A DNA stretch of 64,000 nt from Fistulifera solaris. Taxonomy: Eukaryota. The notes beneath the pieces were generated by a model. It saw only the letters and a list, made by a program, of their open reading frames with translations. It searched no databases and was not told the origin of the DNA. Positions 12,084-23,958 of the stretch are shown here, in pieces. A program made the position numbers and the translations under genes. Within the stretch, counting starts at the first letter, position 1. Every line of letters begins with the position of its first letter. The stretch is from contig AP026162.1 in assembly GCA_030295235.1 (NCBI GenBank), positions 1,798,001-1,862,000 on the forward strand. Direction: 5' to 3'.

Positions 12084-12611
12084 GTGAAGCCGGGGCATTT
12101 CTTCCATTGAATAACAAGATATAGGCTGCAGAGTTGCGCGATGAAGCAAAATGAAGCCTTTCGTCCGATGATTTTGCCTTACAAGTACAATCCCCTTGCA
12201 ACAAGTTACGGATTTCACTTAGCTAAAAGACATTCCTCAGATGGATTATATTTAGCTTTCGAAAACCATTTACGAACTATAGTCGATTGTGTAGGAGGAA
12301 AACCATAAAGGGATCTGTTTTTGCTCAGTTTATTAAGGTTATTTGATTTAAAAGTTGAATAACCTTAATGACTTAGAAGGAGACCGGGGTCGCTTTACGG
12401 TTTTGCGTCTACATAATCGATGATAATACGAAAATGGTTTTCGTAATCTAAATATAATCCATCTGATAAATGTCGCTTCTATTAAGTGAAATCCGTAACA
12501 TTTTGCAAGGGGATTGTAAGGCAAAATCGGACGAAAGGCTTCATTTTGCTCCATCGCGTAGCTCTGCAGCCAATATCTTGTTATTTCTTGTAGGAAATGA
12601 CCTGGCTCCAC
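12084..12611. mobile_element. Fold-back / long inverted-repeat element, ~530 bp, non-coding
   Basis: Arms are reverse complements about a centre near 12349, e.g. 12145-12169 vs 12526-12550 (25 bp perfect), 12205-12221 vs 12483-12499, 12237-12255 vs 12448-12466. Mobility is inferred; no TSD seen. Confidence 0.75.
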
Positions 12612-13797
12612 ATTAAATCAAGAAAATCATAATACTTAATCGAAAAAGATGATTAAATAAGACAATGTTTTGATGAAGGGACCGGGAGCCGGGAGAAGGA
12701 TCGGTTCGGCGGTTGATGTGATCATTATTGTTCATCCGCTGAATTCACGCTTTTGAAATGTTAACGCGACTCAAACAAACTGCTTGACGTTCTTCGGTCG
12801 ATCAGACGCTGCTCAAACGCGTTGCTTCATGAAACAAAGCCCGCAGAAAAGGCACGAATATACTTGCGCGATCGGCGATCGAACATGTACCTCATACAGC
12901 TAAAGACACGACTTTAAAGGGCGAACATTGAATACAGCACAATGCAACCAATACGCTAGTTGATTTGAGAAAGGCTGGGCATCACAGAACGAACTGTGTT
13001 CTACCAAAAATTCCATTGAACCTGTCCGACTTGACGGCGATTGGCTTCGCTTGATCGCGGTCGTCAGCTTTGCGGTACGTGCTACGAAGGGAGCTTCACG
13101 GCTTGTTAGCTGCGGAGGGATAGCCGAATGTAAAGAGCAGGTTTCGGGGAGAATTATCAGCAAAGCGTTTCTTAATCTGAACCCTGGCGTGATGTTGACC
13201 GATGCTTACTGGACTTCGTCTTGAGCGCCAAAGTAAATACATACCTCTGAGTATCAGGTTGTGTCCGTTGATGAGTAGATCGTTACCTGTCTCATTAACG
13301 CTTCCAATTTACCAAGGTATCGATTTTCTTCCCGAGATTACTTCGGCAAACGCTTGCGAGACAGAAAGATATGGTCTTCCAAAGTTTGCAGACACAGACT
13401 CCCTTTTCTGCTCGTTCTGTCTTTAACTTCATGCACTAGGCATTTTTCTCGCGTTAAAGTAGGCGATCGAGATTTGTCAACGGCACATCAATTGCTGAAT
13501 TCAGGTGCTGATCCTTTTTCGTCTTCGACCGCTGAGGCGGCGCTCGGAAAGAGGGTTTTGCTTCAGGTGCACCAAGAGGCAGTGGCATTTCGCGCTCGAC
13601 AAAACACAGCAATGATCCATGTAGATCTCCCAAATATTTTTATGTCGTGGCGGCGAGTGGGACGGCAGCTCCACGGGCAGCAACGCCTATTCCGGCTCTC
13701 GAAGTGGCCGTACAACAGGTGGATCAAGCTATGCCGACCACGGCTCCGACACCTACAAACTAGAAAACAAAGAGAGACTTTTCCAAGTTCGATTCAG

Positions 13798-14922
13798 CTA
13801 TGCCATATACTGATCGACATCAATGTATCGCATTATCATATCAGCTCCATGTTCGAAGACCGTAAAGGCGAGGGCTGATGGAAGGAAACCTCTGAAAACC
13901 ATTCGCAGCGATGGGCGTTTCGGCATTCGTCCAAGTGGAGAGTTGTTGTTTCGTGTATGGTTTCGCATTTTCCAATGTGACGCGTAATGGGTAAAAACGA
14001 CATGCGCTTGGCCAGCACAGCCTCCTGCAAGAAAGGTTGCAGACATTGGAACGATGGACAAATCGTAAACACCATTCGGCCGCTTTGTAACTAGACCGTA
14101 CTCGCCAAGTACGTGCATCCATGGTGCTGTTGGGTGAGAAGATAAAAAGCCAACTGCACCTTCCAGGAACGTTCGTCGGAAAACTTCATAGGATCCAAAC
14201 AAAGTAGAGTGGCTGGCTGCACTATGCAAAAGGCGTCGGTAGAAAAGATGAACGTTCACACCTTTCCGTAACGTGTCAGCAAAACTTTGACTTCTCATGT
14301 GATTCCACCAGTAGGCGTTAATTTCCCATACGTCCATGATAAGGGATTGCGCCATCCCCGCCAAAGCTCCGGCAATGAAATGTGCTACAATGGGAGAAGG
14401 GTTGATTGTTATTGTTTGACGAATCTTTTCGGCGCCTTCATAATCCCGAAAGGAATATCGCCGTTGGAGTAGCAAATCGCTTTTGCATTGTTCGGGTGTT
14501 TGTTTGCGAGGAAAAAACCAGTCCTGAAGGATTAAAAGATCGTAAATGCCAAAGGATGCAAAGCCTTCCAAGGAAAGCTTAACGTTCGCTAGAGCGGGAA
14601 GGCGACATGTTAAGAACCGATTGTCTTAGCCGCTCGTACCTAAGATTCGAGACGATATTTTGACCTTTTTGTCTGTACTTGTAGAGGTCCTCTCAACAGA
14701 CACAACGCTTTCCTCCGGACCATGCTTCGCAGCGAGTGACCCCAAGCTTAGAAAAGCGCGTTTGCGAATATACCCTCCCAGTGCTGCTGAAGATACACCA
14801 AGCTGCCGCAGCGTAGAAGCTGCCGATCGCGTTACACCTGCGAGAAGAGAATCATTACTTCGAGGCGTCTCGCTCTCGCCGGAAGGTTGTGTGGTGAGCT
14901 TATTTGTCTCCGCATCCTGCAT
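13798..14922 (-). CDS. Divergent mitochondrial carrier-like membrane protein
   Basis: HFIAGALAG, TLFGSYE, FLAGGCAG and RGFLPSALAFTVFE segments; two ORFs joined by an intron or frameshift near 14600. Confidence 0.55.
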
Positions 14923-15105
14923 TGCTTTCGGATGGAGGTAAGTTATTACGCCACTATTCTGGAAGGCGCATCGTGATTATTGGTAGTGTTAATACTCCGG
15001 TTATTATCAACGAAAAGTTTTGCGACGATGCTGGTCGATGCTTTGCGAAGTGCTGCGCAATGAACAAAATTTTTAGCCCTAACCCGTATTGTACATTTTA
15101 CCTTT

Positions 15106-15643
15106 GTGGATTGATAGAACCAACTGTTTGAAGGATAGTAAAAACATGAAGGTCAGGACGATTCGAAGACATTGCCGGCTGAAATCGTGTCGTGATTGCG
15201 TGAAATTCCAAAGTTAGAGCATAACTAACTTTCGATTTATTATTGTAATGAGACTATAATCAAACGAGAAAAAGACGAACAATGCGCGCTGCAGGCTGAA
15301 TGTACAAAAGGATTGATGGAGTCTCGTGACGAAAATCCAGTCGTGGACTGGTAGAACCAACTGTTTGGATGATAGTAAAAACATGAAGTTCAGGACTCGA
15401 AGACAATGCCGGCTGAAATCGCAATTGCGCGAAATTCCAAGCGTAGAACGTAACTAACTTTCGATTAATTAATGAGACTATAATCAAACGCGAAAAAAGA
15501 CGAATGCGCGCTGCAGGCTGAATGTACAGGTACAAAAGGACTAATGGAGTCTCACGGCTGAAATCCAGTCGTGGATTGGTAGAACCAACTGTTTGGATCA
15601 TAGTAAAAACATGAAGGTCAGGACTCGAAGACAATGCCGGCTG
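15106..15643. repeat. Tandem array, ~230-237 bp unit, about 2.3 copies (same family as 57252-57966)
   Basis: GTGGA..GTAGAACCAACTGTTTG recurs at about 15106, 15343 and 15572. Confidence 0.9.
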
Positions 15644-16132
15644 TTGTAGTTGTAGGACGATCAAAATCGACAAAGTTTGCGTTCCAAATACTATGTTCAA
15701 CCCACGCAAAGCAATCGACCGCTTTACTTTGTCTCGATTATCTGTTATCTGGCAACTGGTACAGTAACAAAGAGTCTTTACTATTGCAGGAGCTGAAAAA
15801 AGTCCTGATGCGAAATGGGCAAATCGTATTTTTTGGCTAAAGCCTTGATCTTTAATTCTTTTCGATGGATGGTATCACTCCTTATCGCGAACTGGTCAGT
15901 CACAGGTTACAGGAACCTTGCATCTGATAATTAGAGAATCTAATTTCAGCGCAAGCGTATAAAAAGCAGTTTGTGCGTCGTGCCATGGAAATGAAAAGCC
16001 TGACTAGATCAAAATCGCGCTGAATATCTTGTACATAGGTGAGGCGTTCTGAGGGCTATCAGTGTGATGCACCCAGTAAGCCCATTTCGACGGCGATTTG
16101 GCACACTCGTGCCTCCTTGGCTGATGCGGAAT

Positions 16133-16561
16133 CTATGACTCTGACTTTCTCTTCTTTGCCTCTTTTTTCTCCTTTTTCAATGACTTTCTTTTCTTCTTTT
16201 CCTCTTTCTTCAACTTTTTTATAGTGGACTTTTCTTCATTTGATTCATGACTTTCCGAAGCATATTCGGCTTCTGGCTTGATGCTGGGCTCCGGTCCGGG
16301 AATGATCTCCAGTGCATCGAGATCCAGCGGCTTCTCGCTCAATTTCGATAATCGACTTCTTTGTTTGTCTGTGGCAGCCATACTTTGAGCAAGACCCAGA
16401 AGATCTTCCCAGTACGATACTCGACAGTGTAAGTCTACTTTCGATCGCTCCTTTTCTAGAAAAACTGTGACGAGATCACAAACGGCGGAGGAAGAACGTA
16501 TCGCGCGCGACGATCTTGTAGCCAAGACTTTCGGAAACTCTTGATCGCTGTTACTCGGCAT
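16133..16561 (-). CDS. Small protein with lysine-rich C-terminus, probably nuclear
   Basis: 142-aa ATG-started ORF ending KKEEKKKRKSLKKEKKEAKKRKSES. Confidence 0.65.
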   Translation of the reverse strand: MPSNSDQEFPKVLATRSSRAIRSSSAVCDLVTVFLEKERSKVDLHCRVSYWEDLLGLAQSMAATDKQRSRLSKLSEKPLDLDALEIIPGPEPSIKPEAEYASESHESNEEKSTIKKLKKEEKKKRKSLKKEKKEAKKRKSES

Positions 16562-17162
16562 ATTTACTGCTACTTTGATTCAATTCTTTTGGCGAAAGAA
16601 CGAAAGAAATGGCGATGGATTTCAATAGCCATCGTGCTCGTTTGAAAATGGTCGATTGATGATTGGTTGTCGTTTCTCGTCCGTCCATCCATTTTTGCCG
16701 CTCATTTTCAGTCATGAGGTCTATCAGTCCTGTTACAGCGCGCCCCGTTGTTTGAGAGGATGGCCGGCTTGGCTCTCACATTCAACAGTACCGATCAAAG
16801 AGTACACGGGTGCTGTCGTCCCGCTTCTTTTCTCCTAAGTAAAAAATCGTCCTACTCTCCCGCCTTGAGTTACTATCTCTTATTAAGTAGACCAGTTTCA
16901 AATTTACCTAGTACATAATTCTACGCAACGGCAATAAGGGCGCGCAGAAATTGCGCCGGACTCGATGATGTCTCGTCCGACCCAGCTTTCCCTCGTTTTT
17001 TCTCACACTATGAAAAGCTATCGCGGCATAGCGCCTGGTGGATTTGAATGAATGAATAATAGGCTATTCGTATTATTCATTCGATAACTTCATTTGTCCC
17101 TCATCAAGTTCAATTGACATTTAAAAAAAGCAAGAAAGCTTCTTCTTTAGCGATTAAAGAAC

Positions 17163-19061
17163 ATGTCGGCAGCTGTCTCGAAAACTCCGGAACCCGCTCG
17201 TCGCAACGACAATTGCGAAAATGACGGACCTCGGTCGTCGGAACGAGTCAAGGATTTGTTCTCTCCTCGATCGGCTGCGGCACTAGCTTTGTCGAGCTTC
17301 TCCAAACAAGAGTCTGACTTTGCTGCAAGCCAAACGCAAGCGCCGCCGTCGTCCGGTCCTCCGTTTGCTCCAGCAATGCCGCACAACATATCCTTGGAGG
17401 CAGCCCAAGCGGCAATGCGCCAAGCCTCCACCGACCATGCGGACGTATTCTATGAACGAAAGTTCGATCCAATGCCGTCCATGGTTCCTCCGAGTGTTTT
17501 GAGAAGACCAGGATTGCATCCGTCGCCTCCCAATGGAGTTCGATTTCACTATCCACCCCATCATCATTATCCCCCAAATGCTCGTTTGCACCCCATGTCT
17601 ATTCCTAATTCTATGCCCTTGCGTGCATGGACTCCCCAGCATCGTCCCATGCCTCAGCAAGCTTCTTCGGGTCCCCATCAGGAAGGGGCGCCTTCGTTTC
17701 GGCAGCCAATGCTGCATTCGCATCTTCCGCCCTATGTTGGCCCGTGGGAGAGTCGGGTAAGTTATACAACTGTGATATTGATCTCCTGTATTGTCTCTCT
17801 TCAGACGTCTAAGTTCGTTCTTGTACATCTTTTCAGCCCCCGGTAGCAAGTAGCTATCAATCGCAGACCCAAGCGATGGAAAGCAAGGCGCGTCCGGCCA
17901 GTGAAGTGCAGAGCCTCGTCACTCCCACACCCAAAAAAAGCCCGCACCGCTGATACCAATTACAACCGGAAAAAGAAATCCTTGGGTCTTCTGGCGGAAA
18001 CCTTTCTCTCCCGGTTCCAGAACGCTACAAAAGGAACGGAAGTCTTCATTGACAAGCTGGCCAGCGAACTGCAGGTGGAACGCCGTCGTATCTATGATGT
18101 CGTCAACATCCTAGAGAGTCTCCGGATCGTTATCAAGAAGGGAAAGAACGCGTATCAATGGATGGGAACCGATCATCTCCCTTTCATGTTTGCCATCCTG
18201 CAACACGACGCCATCTACGACCACGCGGAAGATGCTTACGCATTTGGAGTCATTAATGCGAAACCATCCGATGAAGAAATTCATGCTGCCAAGGCCAACC
18301 ATGATAACAAGGAAAGCAAATCGCTTTCGAGACTGAGCCAGTTGTTCCTTCGTTGTTATCTAGTCGGACACTTGACGCTCAGTTTACCTCAAGCATCCGA
18401 TAAAATTCACGGTGAAGAGACTTCTGTGAATGACTTGGCGGCCCTAGGATCGAAGAATCGTGGAGAGGTGCCCACCGATCCCAAACTCTTTCAGCAGGCG
18501 GCGATGCGCGGCCTCAAGACAAAGATTCGCCGTCTGTATGACATTGCGAACGTTTTTATCTCCATGGGGCTTTTGTCGAAAGTGGATGAAAGGTCGGTGC
18601 CGTTGGACTCCCGACGCCCTCGTTTCAGTTGGGCGTATCATTTTAGCGCCAAGGAAATCGCCGCCGTCTACGAACAGATGCCAGAGAGCATGAAGAGAGA
18701 CCGTGATCCGTTCCACAGCAGCTCGCTTCCCTTGGTTCTTCTCCAGGCTCAAGAGAACAGGACTAACATGGAGTCGGTTCAGGTTAAGATCGAACCCAAC
18801 CTTCCGGATCAACTGCAAGCGGCTTCTCTCTCTCAACTCTCGAACTCCTCCGACGACGCAAAGTGCCTATTATTGAGCGCCGAAAGAGATATGTTCAGCA
18901 AGGAGATCAAACATGACCCCGAGTTGTTTTCGAACATCAACCTGACCGGGGGTGCCGTTGATTTGAGCAGTACCAAGCATGCGACGCCAACCGGAGGCGA
19001 CGATGACAACCTATTGCGCATTCGCTTCGGCTCGATTCCTAGCGAAATCGTTGAAGCCTGA
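17163..19061 (+). CDS. Atypical E2F (DEL / E2F7-8 type) with two DNA-binding domains
   Basis: RKKKSLGLL..RRRIYDVVNILES and KSLSRLSQ..KIRRLYDIANV; intron 17757-17836; one extra A in the A7 run near 17935. Confidence 0.9.
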
Positions 19062-19246
19062 AAGTGCTTCTGCTTCCGTTTCACATTTGTTCCAGTTTAA
19101 AAGGCAGCTAATGTGGAACGCTTTTCCAAGGAGAACTTCTTAGTAGAATGTGTCACATATCAATTAACTATTCAAATCACGAAAAGTCTATATAGTTATC
19201 GGAACTGCATGTGTTGCATGTCCTTAAAACGCACGTAGCATTTGAT

Positions 19247-20302
19247 CTAATCTATCTGAAATCGGTGATTGGATAGACGCATCCCTTCCGCTACAAATCC
19301 CAAACAAAACTGGATGCGACCCATGGCCTTTCTCGTTTCTTGTATTCGATGACTTGCTTCTTGTAATGCCTCTAATCGTTTTTGCTCATCAACAAAAGAG
19401 CTGTTGTGAAAGTTGGAGGCCACTTTTAGTCGCTGCCACAGTGTTGCTTCGATATGAAGTGCTTGTTCATAATAATCAAAGGCCAACGACCAATCACCCA
19501 AGCCATACTGTGCAATATAAGCTAAATCGTGGTAGGTCCTTGCCACATCGAGATTATTCCCGGACATGGCACGTCTGTAGAGCAGTTCGTGAGTGTGATA
19601 TTCGAGTGCTTTCGGATAATCTTTCAGTATGCGCGACAGACGTCCGCATGAGAAATAAATGGAAACAAACTCCGCCGGAGTGCATTCATTCATCGGCTGC
19701 TCTAGCACATGCTCGAACAATTCCAAGCTATCGCGAGCATCCCCTTTTCGAGCATAAACCTCTGCTTTTAGTGCATTCAGTTTCCAATAATAGGCGCTAG
19801 TTGCATCAACGACTGCAAGGCCTTCTTCGATCTCCTTGATTGCCTGATCTACGCGATTACAGGAGAGACAATTTAGCGCACGCGTGAACGGTTCCAGCAT
19901 TTCTGCAGTCTTTCCGGTTTGTGTTGCTATTCGAAATGAGTTGCGAAAAGAACTCGACTCATCTCGCTGTTCAAAGGTGGGTGCGCAGGGTTTTGATGAG
20001 AAAGTGTCCACGCTGGAAGTAAAGTTGTCATCGGCGTCTTGAACAACAATCTCCACTTCGGCAGGAATTACGTTGCTGACAGAGACGCGCTGAGAAAGTA
20101 GGGGCGATTTACATATGATATCTTGAGAAAACGTTGACTCGCTGTCTTCGACGCTCGTTACCGAAGGATTGCTGCTGGAAGGTCGCAAACGAGAAAGAAA
20201 GCTCCGGCGCGTCTTGCTTTCCCATCGCCGCGCCGAGTGTTGCTTGGTAAGTTCTGTAGCTCCGGGAAGTTCTGAATACTGCAACTGCGTTTCGCTGGTC
20301 AT
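19247..20302 (-). CDS. TPR-repeat protein
   Basis: YPKALEYH..VARTYHDLA..AFDYYEQALHI helical repeats. Confidence 0.75.
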   Translation of the reverse strand: MTSETQLQYSELPGATELTKQHSARRWESKTRRSFLSRLRPSSSNPSVTSVEDSESTFSQDIICKSPLLSQRVSVSNVIPAEVEIVVQDADDNFTSSVDTFSSKPCAPTFEQRDESSSFRNSFRIATQTGKTAEMLEPFTRALNCLSCNRVDQAIKEIEEGLAVVDATSAYYWKLNALKAEVYARKGDARDSLELFEHVLEQPMNECTPAEFVSIYFSCGRLSRILKDYPKALEYHTHELLYRRAMSGNNLDVARTYHDLAYIAQYGLGDWSLAFDYYEQALHIEATLWQRLKVASNFHNSSFVDEQKRLEALQEASHRIQETRKAMGRIQFCLGFVAEGMRLSNHRFQID

Positions 20303-20651
20303 GGTTTGTGCAACAAACGAGAATAATTGCTTTGCAAAAGTGAGCTTCGTCTTGTTCTCCACCTCTCTCAGTTCTCGGTTCACTTTTTTGCGACGTAAAA
20401 AGCGTTATTGAGCAAGGCGCGTGTACTTCAAATGCCAGTGTCATGATGCGGACAACCTTCATTAGATCCACGGGGACTGGCTGGCGCTCCCAACCGACAG
20501 AAGTCGTCGTTGATAGAGGAAAGTAGTCGAGCGCTTACGCGTGACTCATTGTTCGTGAGTCAAAATCGAAAGAATGCGATCGACCGCTAAACTCTAAAAC
20601 AGCTTTTGGCTAACAATAACAACATGATGACAAAACAAAAACGCAATACGA

Positions 20652-22247
20652 ATGTTAAGAAACATGCCTATGGCTCCCCCAGTACTTTCAGACTGTCGTA
20701 AAAAGTTCATAAATGTGCTCCCCGAACAGCAGCTTGGCGAAGAGCATTCGTCTCTGGAATCCTTCCGCAAAGCGGTCGAGATCGTTCCGCGGAAACGAAA
20801 GGAGTTTTCGCTGATTGTTGTCACCAATGGAAATCGTATACTTCTTGGATTGAAACACCGTGGTTTCGGAAAAGGCATGTACAATTCATTCGGTGGAAAA
20901 CTTGAGCAGGGTGAAGATTCTGTGGTAGCAGCTTGTCGCGAGCTTCACGAAGAGACAGGAATATGCGTAACTATGAAGCATATGACGGAATCGAAAATTG
21001 GCATTCTTCATTTCACTTTCGACGATGACCCGACCGAAATGTGTGTCCACCTGTTTCGTGTGAATATATATTGCAACGATCATGTCACGGTTGAAACCGC
21101 ATCATCATCAGAGCAGATCGTTGTCGATCCTCTCACTATTCGAGGTTGCGATGAAATTACTCCGGAGTGGATTGAGAACTTCTTTCACATACCTCTTCAT
21201 AATATGTTTGCTGATGACTCCATATGGCTAACGTACTTGTTGGCGTCCGAAAAGAAAGTTTGCTTGGACGGCTGGTTTCATTTTTAGAAGGCGGCCAAGA
21301 AGTCAATACAATTCGTCACCATTTTGTCGACATCAAAACCGACACAAATTCTGAATCGCCACAAAGTCAAACGATGACGCTGGAAAAGCGTCTTTTCATA
21401 GACTACACAGCAAGAACATTGTTTCTCCCTCGCCGAAAGAATTCAACGAGGCTTGGGCATTCGCGAATGTTGTGAAGAAATCGTTGCCCTGCAAAGACCT
21501 AGATTGTGTCATCGATGTTGCGGGTGGGCATGGTGCCCTTGCAGCAATATTGTTGATTACCACAGCAGCCACTCGCGCTGTTGTGGTAGATCCTACGCAA
21601 GTGGGGCGAGACAGCGTCAGGAGGGCTTGGGCCGATTTTTTTCCTGAAAAGGAACTACGCTATCGACACGAATGCTTACGCAGTGGACTCCCTGCGGAAC
21701 TTGAATCGGCGCTTAAAACAACGTCGTGCGACCGTATTCTGGTTGTAGCATGTCACGCTTGTCAACACCTGTCTGATGAAACGGTGAAACTCTCTTGCAA
21801 GTTTGGAGTTCACGCGTGATGCCATGTTGTCAGAAGGATCTCTCAACGGGTTCGTCGTGGAAAGCTTTTAGCAAAAATGTATCTATTCCGATTGAGAAAA
21901 CGATGGATATTCTTTTAGCTGGAAAAGCAATGTCATGGAATACAGGACAAGAAGCCGGGGTGAGGTACGATGTTCGAATCAAGGTTATCGACAGTAGAAT
22001 CACTCCTCAGAATCGAGTAATTGTATGTCGGTCGTCTCTAAATGATGGTGAGGTATCGAGCACCGAAAGCTCTCATAGAAAACTACAGGAAGCGTATAGA
22101 AGGGCTCACAAAACTCAGAATTCATTCTATGACATATCCATGCTTGTTAGGATGCTCCCGTCATCTCAATTCGTTGTGGGTTTTATCTTGGGTGCTTTTA
22201 CCAGTGCTTTGTTACTTCGCAGTCGAGAAAAGATGTGTGCAAATTGA
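20652..22247 (+). CDS. MTH1/NUDT1-like Nudix hydrolase fused to a class I SAM methyltransferase domain, with a C-terminal hydrophobic helix
   Basis: KHRGFGKG..GGKLEQGE..AACRELHEETG Nudix box; KEFNEAW, VIDVAGGHG, VACHACQHLSD, MPCC; frameshifts near 21283, 21395 and 21815. Confidence 0.75.
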
Positions 22248-22718
22248 TATTGTAGCTACCCATTGTCCACGATACTTGGCTATTTTTCTCTTAAACTTTT
22301 GTTGATATGGCTTTCTCACTCTAGACTACTTGAACCTACGAAACTAAATTTTCAGCTTCCTTACCCTTACCAGGTACGTAGCGATCGATCCAAGACTAAC
22401 AACACGTCATAGCGGCACTCCATCATAGAGGACGGGCAGCTGGAAGTTCTCTCTGAGCTATACTGCGGTTCGTGTTTGACGCAACCGGCACCCATCAAAT
22501 GACTGCAATTGCACTGTAGAGCAATTCTTCACTGTTCTTCGTGGAAATTGCACCAAAAATTTATTGATTGCCATCAATCGGTGCCAACCAAACAAAGGTA
22601 CAAATTATAAAAACAGGATTTATTTGTAAACAATTATCACAATCAAACATTGTTCTGTTCCTCTGAAGCTACATTTTGACTGCAACAGCTGTCGATACTC
22701 GAAGACGCCCCGGAAAAC

Positions 22719-23720
22719 ATGCAAAAAACGAGTGAACCGAAAAACGGGGTATCCATCTATCAGATCGCTTTTCGATCGACAATATACAATCGCCATGAGG
22801 CTCGAAGGGCACGAACGCTTGCTATGAAGGATGATCGACGTAATCCGTTAATACGCGTCATGTCGGGGCTTCCAATTTTGAATTTGATCGTTCCTCCTTT
22901 TGAGCCGCAGCATCTTGTTGCGTCAATCGAATCTGTCGGTAGCGCCTTTGCGAAGGCCGACAAAAACATATTTTCAGTATATACGGCAAAGAAACCGACA
23001 TCTTTTTCGGATGCGCCGTCGTCACTTTCCGTTGCGATGGCAGCCGCTTGTGGCGGAATCGTAGCTGAGGTTTGTTTGGGCAAGAAATCGGCTTTAGCCT
23101 CGCCCTTCGCTTCCCAACATCCGCATATACCCTCTCGGCATGTGGTTCCTGTCTTTCAATACGAAGGTGCTGCTGTCTTGAAGTCGATTCGTAGTAAGAC
23201 CATATTTCCTGTCAACAGCAGTGGGGCCGGTGGTATTCCACTAACCGGCCTGGCACGATCAGGAGCTTTTGCATTTTTCCTGTTCGGATCCAAGGCGACA
23301 TTAGAAAAGATTCTCTTCGACAAGGTCGAAGTAAACCGTCCTTTGGCTGGTGTAGCAGCCTCCGCTTCAGCAGGTATACTACAGGCTTTTTCGAAAGGTG
23401 TGACGGGACACTATGTTACGTTTTCTCGAGAGGTCGCTGCCGTTACCGTGTATTTCTCTGTCTACGAAGGATTCAAGCATCTACTTAATAAGAAGGAGAC
23501 ACGCGACAGGCCTTCCATGTTAGCATGCGCGATCTCTGGAGCCGCCGCTGGTGTATCTTCGGTGTATGTGCGAGGAAATTCGTACCTCGTGGCGAAACGA
23601 GCAATGCCTTTTGCCTCGATATCGGCCCATCGAATAAGTTTGGCAGCCTTACGAGCAGCTCCTTATCACGCGCTTCTGTTTGTTGGGTTTGAAACAGCTT
23701 CATCCCTTTTAACTCATTAG
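22719..23720 (+). CDS. Divergent mitochondrial carrier family protein
   Basis: REVAAVTVYFSVYE, ISGAAAG and LRAAPYHALLFVGFE resemble MCF helices. Confidence 0.65.
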   Translation: MQKTSEPKNGVSIYQIAFRSTIYNRHEARRARTLAMKDDRRNPLIRVMSGLPILNLIVPPFEPQHLVASIESVGSAFAKADKNIFSVYTAKKPTSFSDAPSSLSVAMAAACGGIVAEVCLGKKSALASPFASQHPHIPSRHVVPVFQYEGAAVLKSIRSKTIFPVNSSGAGGIPLTGLARSGAFAFFLFGSKATLEKILFDKVEVNRPLAGVAASASAGILQAFSKGVTGHYVTFSREVAAVTVYFSVYEGFKHLLNKKETRDRPSMLACAISGAAAGVSSVYVRGNSYLVAKRAMPFASISAHRISLAALRAAPYHALLFVGFETASSLLTH

Positions 23721-23958
23721 CAAAATCAACTTACCCTTCAAATGGGGCTTTATCCACCTAATTTTTTCTGAAATTGATTGTTTTGGCTGTAGCTCAATAA
23801 TATAGACGGCTCAATAATATAGACGCCCTCTAAGCGCTCTATTATCTGAAATTGTGTGTATAGCGGTAATATTAGATCTCTGTTCTAAATCTTATTCAAG
23901 ATCTCATGAATTGTGACTCGTTCCTAGCGGTAAAGTCAAGCAAACCTTTCATCTTGAA

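Noticed and set aside
15077..15085. Telomere-like CCCTAACCC beside the 235-bp array
   Set aside because: Only 1.5 units; expected by chance.
23792..23826. 17-bp direct duplication GCTCAATAATATAGACG
   Set aside because: Isolated micro-duplication in a convergent 3' gap with no further structure.
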